This document shows positions 11,377-24,366 of a stretch of DNA of 64,000 nucleotides, piece by piece; the first letter of the stretch is position 1, and each line of letters begins with the position of its first letter. Under the pieces are notes generated by a model, which was given only the letters and a program-made list of their open reading frames with translations, did no database searches and was not told the DNA's origin. The position numbers and the translations under genes were made by a program. The stretch is from contig NMRA01000591.1 in NCBI GenBank assembly GCA_002633005.1, positions 195,985-259,984 on the forward strand, read 5' to 3'. The DNA is from Phoronis australis. Its lineage: Eukaryota > Animalia > Phoronida.

Positions 11377-13360
11377 AAGCAGTTACAAACACAAAACAAG
11401 CGCCACAGGTAGAGAAGAGACTGTAGAGTTACACAGCAAAATCCATTGTGATGGGGAGAGACCAGAAATCAAAACAGTTGGAGCTAAAATGAACCAATGT
11501 TTCTATTGAGGTAACGCTCAGCATGATTCAACCGTATATGCATAGCCTCCTTTATGAGGAGCCTGAGGGTGGCATTATCCTTGCTTAGTATCTGAACACC
11601 AGAGTAATCTATAGTGTGACCAGTTGTCACGGAATGATTGAGAACAGCACTGTGTGTGTCTTTACAGTGTTCTTTTACTCTTGTGCCAAGAATCCTGTTC
11701 GTCACTCCAATGTGAAACTGTTCACAGTCACTGCAGTTGAGTTTGTACACAACATGACTTCTTTGAGAAGTACTCACCGGCGTTTTAAGTCTCAACTACA
11801 CTACTACTATGACCTAAATAGGGGAGACTGAGAAGTATTTTCTTCACTTCAGTCCCATGATAAACATCCGAAGGTGTCCTGGATTGGTTACGTAAAAATC
11901 CGTCAGTGCAGGATTTAATAAAAGTTTTAGGGTAACCATTTTGGATCAAGAGGTTATTTAAAACTTCAATTTCTCAGGCAAACAAGTCAGGATTGCTACA
12001 AATCTTAATGGTGCGATTAAACAGACTATTGACCGGACCAGTTTTGTGCTTTTTTGGAACAAAACTATCCCACTTAAGGTACAGACATGAGAATGTGGGT
12101 TTTTTGTACACTGATGTAGACAATAAGTCATTCTGACGGTGAACTAATAGATCAAGGAAACTTATGCAATTATTAACTTCCGACTCCATGGTAAATTTAA
12201 TACTATTACATAACGTGTTCATCCACTTAAGAAATGGCTTAGCTTGACTATGATGGCTAAACATCAGGAAAATATCATCAACATACCGTTTGTAATACAA
12301 TAGTGGATCAGTAGGACAGCTATTAAACGCCATCTCCTCTAAATTGATCATCCATATATTAGCTAATACAGGACCGAGTGGACTCCCCATAGCAACACCG
12401 TCACATTGGTCAAAGAATTCCTCATTGAATATAAAGTGATTTTCTTTAACTGCAATGTTGAGCAATGTCTGTAGTTGAGGTCTAGTTAAATTACACACAG
12501 TATTGATCTTTATATCTGGAAAAAGTTTGTCGAGGCAAACTTTTTATAGTACTGTCTACAGGAATATTCGTAAACAAGCTAACAACATCGAAACTAACCA
12601 TGTATGAAGCTTTTTTCATTGCCTTAATGTCATGAACGAACTCAAACGAGTACATAAGGTAATATTTAGAATCACAGAGAGGAGTCAAGAGCCGAACTAA
12701 AAGCTAAGCAAGGTTCTAGGTGTAAGACCCAATACAGGATACTATCGGTATTAATGGAGTACGGGCTTATGGGTTTTCGGTAACCCGTACATTTTAGCAG
12801 GTTGTGAACCAGTGGGGCGAATACTATCATAAGTGTCCTGATCAATGGCATTGATACGTTTCAAGTTGCAAACATATGACTAAAGTCTGGATTCACGTTT
12901 GACAGTGGGATCATGACTCAGTTTAGAGAATTTGGTCTAGTCAGAAACAATGTCATTCAGTTTGTAGATGTAATCTATTTTATCAAGTATGACGACACCA
13001 TTCCCTTTGTCTGGACGACAAATAACAGTTTGAGGGTCATCATGTAGATTTTTCAAAGCTGCTAACTCATTAGAGAAGACTTTTTGTTCCGGTTGTTGTC
13101 TGAAGGTGTAAATGTAGCGATAACATAGTTCACGCAGCCGATGTTTGATCCGATTCTTGTCTGTAGTGATGTGACCTTCCACACTATGATAAAGCGTTTC
13201 AAAGCTGGTTTTAACACCAAATATTGTCAAGCTGTCGTGGAGGATGACTGAATTTTAGCCCTCTGCTGAGAAGCATTAGTTTCATCATCAGTGAGAGTAC
13301 ATGAAGATAGATTTACAACTTTAAAAATATCAATGTTATTAACATTCTGACCATGCATGA
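11341..13360 (-). mobile_element. Penelope-like retroelement (RT + GIY-YIG endonuclease), 5'-truncated and degenerate
   Basis: Minus-strand VVNLSSCTLT, ICRPDKGNGVVILD, SFDVVSLFTNIP, GVAMGSPLGPVLAN, RYVDD, FTMESE..ISFLD, VYKKPT, and GIY-YIG VVYKLNCSDCEQFHIGVTNR.LGTRVKEH...EA.HI. Confidence 0.93.
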
Positions 13361-14465
13361 TTAATAAAGTATTAACTCGAACCAGTCTTCATTCAATCGT
13401 CGCACCGAAAGCTAATAGCACCGGTCTGTAACTACCTGCGCCCACCCACACACGGGGAAAAACTTGACATGTTTCTATTAAGAAGAAGACTATATGATCC
13501 TATTTTTGGATGGATTCGTCATATTCTGCTCCGCTTAGTGGCCGTTTCCATTATCAATGAATCTCTTTGTCGTTTTCTGCTCCAACTGCAAAGCCGATCG
13601 AAGGATCATCATGGAAATTGGCAGATGAGTTTCTGTTGAGGACGCTAGGATTGATGTTGATTGTTTCTGGTGCCTGTGGCATTCCGAAGTGACAATTCGC
13701 TATTTTGCTTGGAAGACCTTAATGAGAATTGACAGAGATGTTCCTACATGTATGAAGCTCGAATAATGGCAACGAAGTTTGGACTGACCGGCTAACACTA
13801 TGCCCCTAGTGACAGTTTTATTTGTTTACATCTTCAGTGTTCCTTTGCAGAATTTCATGAAATTTGTTAAAAATGTTTATTAAGACTATAACAATACCTA
13901 GGATTGATCAGATGTAATCGTTTCTTATTTTGGAGACAGTGAGGCCTTCTCATTTTGGACCTGTTTGACATATTTTACGCTTATTTAGCGCCGTTTGGGT
14001 TGACCCTAACGTACAGTAGATTAGTACCGTTTGCAGTGCAGTCAGTTGTGTGTGCATTTCAAAGACTTGCCTTGCTGTTGTTAATGTATCCGCAATCCAT
14101 TGAGTACACAGGGATCGTTTCAATCACGAGACTATTTATATAATTACGGGCCGATCTCGAGGGTGACATTAGGCCATAAAAGCGAAGTGAGAGTAAAGTT
14201 TTTCGAAACCGAAGGTACTGCCATCTTGCGGTCACGCAAACTTGAATTTAGTTTGAAGCCTCTCCTTTAGCTGGTTGTCTTGGAAAAATCTTCCAAGACT
14301 ATTTAAAAGCGTCTCAATAAGCATTGATTATTTTTCTCTGTCAACCCTCGTGTTGGCCGAAAGAGGTTTCTTTTTACGTACATAACTTTCCACATGACAA
14401 TTCTATGAATAGTCAACCACTACTGTGCTGGCTTACCTCTAATGTGAGGAATACTTTTCCAACAG

Positions 14466-14573
14466 GTTGTGTGCTGTACGGAGCTGCAATGATGTTGTGC
14501 GGTGCTAACTCCATCTTTTCAATTGCCTTTATGTCCGTAGACAGATGTAGAACCGTGTGCCGCCTGACCACAG
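14466..14573 (+). CDS. Opsin exon B: TM3
   Basis: Acceptor ttttccaacag|GT, donor ACAG|gtgagt, 108 nt, phase 1-1. GCVLYGAAMMLCGANSIFSIAFMSVDRCRTVCRLTT contains C110, Y113 and a DRC variant of DRY (bovine rhodopsin numbering). Confidence 0.9.
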
Positions 14574-17291
14574 GTGAGTAGTACATGTACAACTCTTAAC
14601 ACAGCAATAGCTCGGTTACTCCTAAGACGGTGAGTATCAAGTACATGTACGGTCTTATTGTGCCAGGCTGTTATGCACAATTCTCCGGATCGAAATCAAA
14701 TACTGCAAACCACTCCTCACTCTGGGTAAGCTAAACACTTAGTTGCAAGCGATTTCAACAGCGTTAAGAGCCATTCCCGGAGAAATTGAAAGAAAAATCC
14801 ACTATGAGGTCATCTTTTAGATTCAGCTTAACTTTTGTGTATGTGATCTTGATGTGGCCCTGATACAAAAATCACCAATTTTGCTTGTGTTGAGCTCTTA
14901 GTTTTTTATCTATAGGCCTTCAAAGGTTCATCCAGACAATGGCTGGTTTTTGTATACCGAAAGAAACAATTTTCCAAAATGAAAAGCAGGTAAAAAGCAT
15001 GCAATGACAGAAAACACATACAGGTATTAGGAAGTGGAACATAAGGACTACCAAATAAAATTGCAACCATATTGAAGAAATCTCTCGAATGGTATTTTTT
15101 CATTTTGTTCTAAAACTGCCCAATATTGCGTATTCAACACTTTTTGAACGAATGTTTTTGTAGCTTCATTACCCTTAAAATGGTCTCACGAAGAAATAAC
15201 TAATGAAAATCAATCAACAGTTAAGAGATCATAATCAATGCTGCGTGACTTATCCATAAACTATTTCACCCTTTCATCGCCAGAGGTTACGCAGGCACAG
15301 GTTATGGCATGTTCGCACTGTGCCAATTCCCAAAACGGTAAACGCCGTAAGAGACTATGCTCAGGCTGACGTGAATAATAGGCGTGCTTTTTAATGAAAC
15401 ATTCCGGTTCGTGGACAATTTCAAGACGCTAAAGCTTTTATTTGTAAACAATTCTTTTGAATTAAGTGTTCGAGACTATATGAAGCGGACGAACCGATTT
15501 TTTTTTTCTATTTGGAAGATAAAAGCCAACATCACGGGAAAGGCATCGATGTCTGAAACACACAAATGAAAAAGTATATTTGAAAATTATCAAAATTGCA
15601 TGTTGCATTTAAAAGTTATCATAACCGTTTTTATGTGTTAAATTTTGACTCACTTATTTGATCGGGTCGGCCATCATGGATTTCAGATGCATAGGTTACG
15701 AGTTTAAAAGTGCTTAAAAATTATTTTCACAAACAGTCGAGTTAAGTGACACGTATCTTTATCTATCATTCTATACAATCCAAGAGTTTATACCAGAATT
15801 TTATCACGCAGGTGTAACTCATTGAAGTGCTCACGATTCAGGTTGGACAAGATTGCAACATCTGCTGAACTGAAAGACATGTTCAACCGGCTACATTGTA
15901 ATCTATGAAGATTCAACTAGAACACAAGCTGTTACGATAAAACAGTTTTTTTTTACTTTTTTCTGGGGTTTGGGCCATAACATTTCAATCGGAAGTACCC
16001 ATTCAATTGACCTTGCACCCTGCTAAAAACGGTTGAAATTGTTTTGAAATCGTTTTTTGTTTGAAAGTAAACTTTTCCTCGAGGAATGATAAGGTGTATG
16101 CATCGCAATAGGACACATATTTTTTCTAACCTTTGTGCACACATTGATTCATATTTTTAACTGGTTACTTTCTACATCAGGATATATCAATGCAACAAAA
16201 TGTGCAAAATCTGACTTGATTTAGAGAAACAGGTTATATTTTGATGATGAAGTGTGAAGCTTACTTGGATCCTTCAGCCTCTTGAATTCCTATTTTATTA
16301 CCAATCATGCTTGTCAAATTCTAGCGTAGCAGGAACGCTTCTGTGGTACTCAGTCGCCGTGATAAACAACAATTACGCACGTCCACTTTTATGCTCAACG
16401 CGATTTTCGTTCAGCCTGCATTGCTCTGAAATCCTAAGTTACGTCTTGTGACAAAAGTTTGTTAAGATCATTTTCGAATCCCAGAGGATCTTAAAAGTGG
16501 CTAAAAATCAAATTCTCAAAATTAGGCAAATTTACCAAATTTTGAAGTTTTCAGTGAAAGTTAATGTAAACTCCTTAAAATTGCGAAAACTGTACCATGA
16601 TAGCAATTTTTAATGCCTACATACGTGTACATTGTAAAGATTTTTTCTTTCCCGTCCATTTAAGCCGCTTTAAAAGAACTTCACTAACTGAACCCTTTTG
16701 AACCTAACATGGGCTAATTTAGGCAAAACTATACAAGAAGTTCTAACTTTAAAAAATAATGGCCGAAAATTTTCAAATAAACATTTTGAACACCAGGATG
16801 TATGAACTCAAAATTTTTTTCTAGATCTGAGTCGAAGACCCTAGAGTTCACTTTTTGGTGCTTTCGTGGATTGACAATTAACTTTAATTATTGTATCTCA
16901 GGCTTTCGTAATAAGCATTAAAAAATTGCTACATGTTATAAAGTCATCCGTACCCACAGGGATATCCTAGAGAAATCCGTAAGCAAAAAAAAATGTTAAA
17001 AAATTTGCACTTTTCACGGTCTGGAGTCGAGTGACACTTCGCAACTTGAGATTTACATAAGTTACGGCTCTGTTGGTGACGAAGGCATAGACCGCACGTG
17101 AAGACCAACAGACGTTTTAGCAGGATAAAATCACTCATTATTGCCAGTGGGTGTGACAAGTAATCTTTATCAATGGAAACATGAAATCATGCAGTTTTTA
17201 CACAGTAGGAATTGTGAACAATTAGAAATTTCCATTGGTGACTTTGGTGGCTCAAACAGACCCGATTTCATCCTTCCTATTTCACTTTCAG

Positions 17292-17614
17292 ATAAAAAAT
17301 TGCGATCTTGTGACTCGTTGCCCCGAGCCATGGTAATAGCTGCGCCTTGGATGCTTGGTATCTTTTGGTCAACGGTTACACTGGGACCGTGGGCCACATA
17401 CACGTATGACGTCAGCCGGACATTTTGCACCGTTAACTGGATGTCAGGCGATATCCGCTACATAGTGGTGCTTTGTATCGGAATGTTTTTCGTCCCTGTC
17501 GGCACAATGGTATTTTGTTATGGAAAGATTGTTGTTTTTGTGTCTAGGAATCGAAATTTTGTCAAGACCTCGTCGACTGCTCAAGATAACAGCGCGATAT
17601 TTAATATAACCAAG
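17292..17614 (+). CDS. Opsin exon C: TM4, ECL2, TM5, ICL3
   Basis: Acceptor ttcactttcag|AT, donor AAG|gtaagt, phase 1-0. Reads ...PWMLGIFWSTVTLGPWATYTYDVSRTFCTVNW...FFVPVGTMVFCYGKI...NITK, which resembles peropsin WASYAPDPTGATCTINW...FIVPLTVMFYCY...DVTK. Confidence 0.92.
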
Positions 17615-19181
17615 GTAAGTATCCATTCCTTTGCTTTGAAACCCACCGTTTAACTCCATCTAACAGGTTTATGGTAACTCAATTAAGTACACGTATTCAC
17701 CTATTTCACAAGTTGCTTCAACGAACTCTGCATTTCGAGGGACTGTCCGGTAGCTGGCATGTCTTTTAGTGAATTCGAACACCTCCACTAGTTAAAATTT
17801 TGATATAACCTAGGTTGTGCTTTAGGACGTCAAGTGCGGGTTCATATTGATATATCAAACAACGATAGCTGTTTGTCTGCATTCCTAAATCTTGGCAATA
17901 AACACGAGACAGTGGATTACAATTTCTTACCTCTACTGTGGTCGCTCACCGGTGAGCTACAAACCGGCGACTTTTTCTAAAAAAACAATAAGTTAAATCA
18001 TAATGGTCGTCTTTGATATAGTAATAGGTGGAACAATATTCGCCTCCAGGAACAACACTTTACAACTAACCCTATCATTCTTACCTTGAATTCTAAACAA
18101 ACAATAGAACATTTTCTTGATGATATATTTCTACCTCGATGCCCTAGTAGGGTTGTTTTTAAAAAGTGTAGTGTTAAACCAAAACGTCTACACAATACAC
18201 GTCATAGATGCTGAGAATGCCTCGATTGGTCAGCCTGTATACACAATGTACAAGTACTCCTAAAACGGAGTGAAAAATGTGGCAGCCCCGGGATTTTGCT
18301 AGTGTGTGCTATTAAGGTGCCAAGTTTATACTCGCCAAACACTTGCGTGATTTCTGTGGCCGTCTTGCGCAGCCTTGACAATCCCCGAGAATCCCCTGCG
18401 CGCCATCTGAGGCCAGTGTATACCGTAGACTCAACACCCTTGCGAAGTGGCGCTGGCAAGAAATTTTCGCTTACGGAACTGTATAGTAATCTACACCACA
18501 CATTGACATTCTACTTTTCCGAAAAATCACTTAAGGGGCCGCCATTTTGCTAAGACACATTAGTGAGGTACTGAGTATACCCGCGAAACACTGGATTTTC
18601 ACTTGCGTGACTCTTGCTTTTACGTTTTCATTTGATATCTTAGACGTTTTGTCTCCTTATTCTCTTTAATTTATTAATAATCCTTGTAAAATCAATTTTA
18701 TATTTTTTGTTTTTCGCAGAGTTGTTTATAATCACCGGTCTTTGGTGCGTTTCGCATATAAAACTCCATGTTAATGTCAATAGTAGCCACAGATTTACTC
18801 GAGGATTGTGAGCAATTCGTCACACAGTACGCCTATGCGGGTTTCAAAAACGGTCGCGATCGATTCACAGTAATCTTATGCATACGGACCGCACATATTT
18901 ACTTCTCACTTGAATTAAGCCGTCTGGCAAATTATGTAATACATATGCAGACAAGGATCTATTTACCTGTATCTAAACATTTTCAACAAGGCTCTTTCGT
19001 TTCAACTTGTGTTGATCTGACCAATGGCTGTGGAAGTGCTTTAATATAGGTCGGCTTGAGTTATATTTTATCATCGATATTAATTCCGCGAAAAACCCAC
19101 CATTTTGTTATTTGCACTGATCACGACCTGGGACTATTTTTATGCTTTATTATTATATATTTGACTCAAGGGTCTAGCAGT

Positions 19182-19254
19182 GTGGCCCAGTGGGACTCGA
19201 ACACACGACCTCGAGTGTAGATGGCGGGCACCTATCACACTAGGCCACACTGCC
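19182..19254 (-). mobile_element. tRNA-derived SINE head or pseudo-tRNA
   Basis: Minus strand GGCAGTGTGGCCTAGTGTGATAGG...GTGTGTTCGAGTCCCAC has Pol III A and B boxes but no good cloverleaf. Confidence 0.65.
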
Positions 19255-22200
19255 TCCTCGAACCATGAGGTAGGTCAATACCCTCTTTCTGATATTCAAT
19301 CGTATTATGCAGCCTCATGTGGGAACTTCATCACATGACCAAACCACCGTTCTCAGCCTTTGACGGTCGAAAACTTCCAACCTATTGCCAGTACTCGCTT
19401 GTTTGTAATGAAATTGGCCTGGTGGACGACTCACCATTCGGAAGACATTTTGAGTGAGATTGCCCAAAACCGTAGCAAAATTTGATGACGAGTGCTACTA
19501 TAACAAAAGAGACAAGAACTATTTCATTTCAAATAAAAATAGCATTCGAAAACTTTGTATGCCTTGTGGAATTTAAGCAAACTACCGTGTGCCGAACCTT
19601 CATGGATCTAGGAGCCTGTGGACTTTACTATACTATGCAGTTCGGGGGACAATGCAGCGGAGCAACAATAGAGACAAAATAGTGGTAAAAACAACACAGA
19701 TGAGATCATGACTACCGTGTTATTTACAAAAAAGTAAGTCTACAAAGAAATGATTGACATTTAAAACAATATCCAATACCACCCAACACAACACGACACG
19801 TAATAATAACAGTGTTTGTACATGTGCAAGTGTGGACAATTGTTTCAACTTCCTTCCTCATATGAATATTTGAACCCAAGTGTATTAAAAAGGTATAAAT
19901 CATGTTAATGTTAATTCGATGTTTTACAGTGTAATTCACTTGAGAAAAATATACGCAAGTATTACATTTCTCGATTCCTTCGAAACTTAAAAAAAACTTC
20001 GTCTCTTGCACTATGGCTTGAATTTTGTTAAAAATGTCAGTACAAAAGCCGCCATTTTTTCCACCCTTTGCACGGACTTTTACCAATATGCCAAGCTGTA
20101 CAAAGAGTTAGTTCAAGACATTTCATCGAAATTAAATCCCGGTGTAAAATAGATTTCCGGATTCGAAAACAGACTGTCGCACTTAAAACAGACAAGCAAT
20201 CCGAAATATACGAATCCCAACCTTTAAAACAGGAATCAGGGAAATCGAACAGGAAACCAAACATTTTTTTTCAGATTTTCTGAGACTATGTCAGTTGCTT
20301 CAAAGTTTGACTTAAAGCATCTCCAAGTTATTTCCAGTTGTCAATATTAAAACGTAACTTAGATTTTATCCCATACGCGTTGAATCTGTCGAATGCAAAA
20401 CGGCCATGTAAAGTTTTCCGTATTCAACTCCCGCACAACTTAGTACTTGAACAGTGACCGCTGACAGGAAATGTTCAAACGTTAGCTCAATGTCGACTCG
20501 ACGTCTTTTGCGGGTTCGATCATCAAACTTTCCGAATATAGTTTAAAGTAATACAGTTGCAACAGTGTAACTAACACTCGACATGCAACCAGGCCCTAAA
20601 CGTAATATCTGGACCAAAACTGTTAATTATATGACAGTTTTCAATTGCCGAATACTCTTTCGTCTGCTACATGTACTCACTATTCGCCGATTCCTCGGAA
20701 ACTACAATACCAAATATTGTTGCTATTTCCAGGAGATATTACAAGTTCACTGCACAGTTACCGTTGTTTTCATCTTTGTTATCTCTTTTCAAGAAATAAA
20801 TCGTTACTTTTAAAACTGTTTCTTTTACACGAGAAAACTTGCAACCTAACACGCAAGTACATAAATATAGGATGCAATCCGCCATGTGATCAGTCTAAGT
20901 GGACTTTGGAATCGGAATTTCTGAACTCAACGCATTCACATTCTATTTGATGGATCATCCCTCGGGATTCTGTAATTGGGCTAAAGTCACTTTGCCACCT
21001 TTGCCTTGGCCTTCTGTTAGTGACTTTAACGTTGATCCTTTACCTGGACGAATATGCATGCATACAGTGCGGGAAATACGAGAAAGATTCCAGTTTGAAG
21101 GCAAATCGTCCATTACACTACTACAACGCCATTTCCTTTTGTTCACGCGGAGCTGTACAGTGTACCCGACTTTTTAAGTACTGAGGATCTATTTTTGAGA
21201 TAAATAATGTTTGACAAAAAGTGCTTTAGTCCCCTGGTGTCCTGTCTGATCCTTGATATTCCTGTTTCAAATGCCGGAATTCTTGTATTTCGAGCTGGTT
21301 AGCAGTTTTGAAGGTGCTGGAGCAGTAGTGAGTCGTTGACGTTGCAGATGGAGAAGTACCGAGAACTCGCTATTTAACGACAGAGGGCGATCGCTGTATT
21401 TCAAAAACGGCGTAAACGGAAATAGTTATAAACAAATCAGTGCGCGAACAATCATCGTCACTTGAGGAAGTTCGAAGTAGTGAAACTTGGATACGTCTGT
21501 ACCACGTCTGACTGGTTTTCTAGATAAAAGAAAACAACAAAGGGACCGTATAATCAATTAGCTGACGTCATTCAATTAAATTATTCATTTCTGAAAAAGT
21601 TTACTACAATTATCTCCTAAAATCTTACCGCATGTATCGTACTTCATACGTGTAATACCGTGAATCCTTTGCGAAAGCCATCTTTGCTACAAAAGTAAAC
21701 GGCGAGTCGCTACGGACAGTGACAGCGTGCACTCACAGATGATCTCCGTATAAACCCATGGGGCATACATGAGGCTGGGACAATACCAGCACACATGCCG
21801 CTAGAGAAATGGGAACCACTGAAGTGACCAAGGGGTTATGATGAAATGTTGAATTATGGGATATTGCCAACATTTCTCGCGGCAAGTGCCTCGCCTGCGT
21901 CTCACGTCAACGCCTATGAGCGTTTTTCAAAATAGGAGTAGACTATCATACTGTAGTATCTACTAAACACGTCACCCAAATCTGCAGTGACCACTCATTT
22001 AAGTTGTGTAGTTCGGGTGGCCACTTTATGTTACACATAAGTGTTCTGCAATTCTTTTCTATTGCATAATATTCGCAACATCACAAATGACCCCGTCAAG
22101 TCACCATGTGGAGTTTGGCCCATGACTAATTGTCCCAAATTTCTTTGTGATCGAGGTAATTGGACTCTAACAGGACAATTTTATAATGCCAACTGGTTTG

Positions 22201-23608
22201 AGTTTAGTTTTTGTCAGAACCGGTTCGTGAGCTCCATAAAATACATACCAGCATGCAGAAAGGGAGACTCAATGACGTCATGAAAATTCGTCTGCTAATA
22301 TTTCTAACCGCTGTGACTCGAGTTTATTGCCACTAATTGTTTTCAGACATTTTTTATTTCCATCAGTTTAGAACACATAAAACGTCCCACCAATACAGAA
22401 TCACTAAAATAAGAAAATCTTGAAAAGTACAGTACCGCATGGATTTGTAATTTATGCAACTTTGGCGGCCATTTTATACCGATAATTCATTAAATTATTG
22501 CGGTCATTTGATTGGAGCAACATTTGAATTTCAAAGAGTATTTTGAAATTTTCCGTAATTAAATCCGGATGGTTATATTGAAAACATTTGATTACAATTG
22601 ACATAAACAAAGGTGTATACATTATACGTCATTTATACGCGGTGATGGCGCCAAACTTGGTGTGTATTTTGAGGTAGGAGCACTGTTAGAGGTAAGAAAT
22701 CACAAAACAAGTTGGTGACACGAATGGTAACGGTTATCAACTTTGCACATGTTTGGAACACGTTTCTGTTACCATAAAGCCAAAAAATCCAATCACACAA
22801 CAGCGAACAATGCTTCGTTATGCCGGGTGCACCGCTGTCAGTAACAAGGTGGCGAAACCGTCTTGTAAATTTGTAGGAGTCGGCTCACTTAGAACTGCCA
22901 ATCAACATGTTGCAGATATCGACAACAGCTCAAAATAGACCGGAAAAGAGATTATTTACGAAAAAGGGAAGCAAACGATTAAGTTTCGAAAAGCAGAAAT
23001 GGACGTGTGCTATTGCTTCCGATGAATAATATGCTTTGTTCATCTAAAAACATTGCATGTGGTTAAGTAAAGATAACCTCCCACAATCTCACCGGAATAA
23101 GAAATTGCTACACTATTGCCATCACGTGACTAAACGGCTCCTATCTCTTCTAACTTATAATTGGTTATATAAAAATCTTCGTGTAACGATTACCATCGCC
23201 AGAAACTAATAACATGTACCACTGAGGAAGCACTAAATCATGCCAGCAGCCTTCCATAGGCAATACACAGGAACAAACTATTACTGGTAATATAAAATTC
23301 ATGGCAGAAACATCTAACTACACAATTTTTCGGTGGCCTGCCGCAGAAAGTGTATGCAAAGGTTTGTTACTGCCAAATATAGCCTCAGCGCAGAATAGAA
23401 ATTGGTCGGCTATCGAACTCATAGTAGTATTGCTTTAAAGCAAACGCGCGCTCTATTGATCAGGCATCTGCTTTTCACTAGCATCTGATTTTGCATGACT
23501 TGTGGGACCTAGCTAAACTCGCGAAAAAATATTTCACGGAACCCTGAACTGAGGTCACATTTTCTCCTTTGATAGCGACGCTGTATTAGTTTACTTTATG
23601 TATTTCAG

Positions 23609-23953
23609 GTCGGAGCTACAGTTTGTTTGACGTTTATTGTGTGCTGGGCGCCATATGCCATTGTGTCCCTCTGGTCAGTGTTCGACAGCCAGGCGTCAAT
23701 TCCTTATACTTTACACGTGCTCCCGCCTTTGTTTGCCAAGTTGAGTGTCTGCCTAAACCCCGCCTTATATTTTATACTGAACAAGCGTCACAGGGAAGAG
23801 TTTCTGCGCATGTTTGGAAATTTGAAGCGCATCCGTGTATTCCGAATGAAGACTTACGAAACCGATGTCTTTGAGAAACGGAATGAAATTACCGTGAAAA
23901 GTAGTATGGTCGTGATAAAAGACTTCAGTCACACGCCAATAAACAGTCTTTGA
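23609..23953 (+). CDS. Opsin exon D (terminal): TM6, TM7 with Schiff-base Lys, helix 8, C-tail
   Basis: Acceptor tatttcag|GTC, phase 0. VGATVCLTFIVCWAPYAIVSLWSVF...LPPLFAKLSVCLNPALYFILNKRHR...stop at 23951-23953. Shows CWxPY, LFAK (K296 equivalent) and NPxxY. Confidence 0.93.
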   Translation, partial: VGATVCLTFIVCWAPYAIVSLWSVFDSQASIPYTLHVLPPLFAKLSVCLNPALYFILNKRHREEFLRMFGNLKRIRVFRMKTYETDVFEKRNEITVKSSMVVIKDFSHTPINSL

Positions 23954-24207
23954 CAATGCGAGCATGTAGCTCCAACATGGATTTAAGATCACGTGATCAT
24001 GCACTAAATGTCCCGCGTCCCTTTTTCTCTTTTGGATGGTATGGTCCGGAATACAACGCTAAACACCGAGCCTATGAAACTAAGACCTCCCTTTCGAGGA
24101 GGTGGTGAACAGCGGATGAGACTTTTGGCCGAGTGTCACTGTGCAAGGTACATCTATTGTCGACGGCAGCATTTCCTACAGATCGTTAGATCAGGACTTC
24201 ATCGCTA

Positions 24208-24366
24208 CAAGGGGCGGATCCAGGAGTTTGAGTTGGGGGGTAGGGGAGACTATTAGCCAAGGTTTTGTCCGTCAGACATTCGCAACCCCGGACTTCCAGA
24301 TGGAATCTGGGAGAATTTTACTGGTGGCCATGGCCTCCTTGCCCACACGCCCTAAATGTGCCACTG
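24208..24366 (+). mobile_element. About 160-bp G-rich MITE (CA..GGCGGA TIR family), copy 1
   Basis: CAAGGGGCGGATCCAGG...TAAATGTGCCACTG; homologous along its length to the reverse complement of 43327-43496 (shared TTAGCCA.G.TTTT..CCGT.CAGACATTCGCA.CCC, GGGAGAATTTTA, ACACGCCCTAA). Confidence 0.75.

Larger units (their letters stand above)
6146..13469 (+). mobile_element. Gypsy LTR retrotransposon, Gmr1-like (gag-PR-INT-[RT deleted]-RH), defective, in the opsin intron
   Basis: TG...CA termini (TGTCGG at 6146, TTGACA ending 13469); 5-bp TSD TGTTT at 6141-6145 and 13470-13474; purine-rich tract GGCAGGGG just before the 3' LTR; PBS-like ACTGGGGGACCCG after the 5' LTR; coding domains listed separately. 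Confidence 0.92.
10726..13469 (+). repeat. 3' LTR, split by a Penelope insertion (about 10726-11340 plus 13366-13469)
   Basis: Starts TGTCAGAATG after the polypurine tract, AATAAA at about 11300, ends TTGACA followed by the TSD. Confidence 0.85.
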
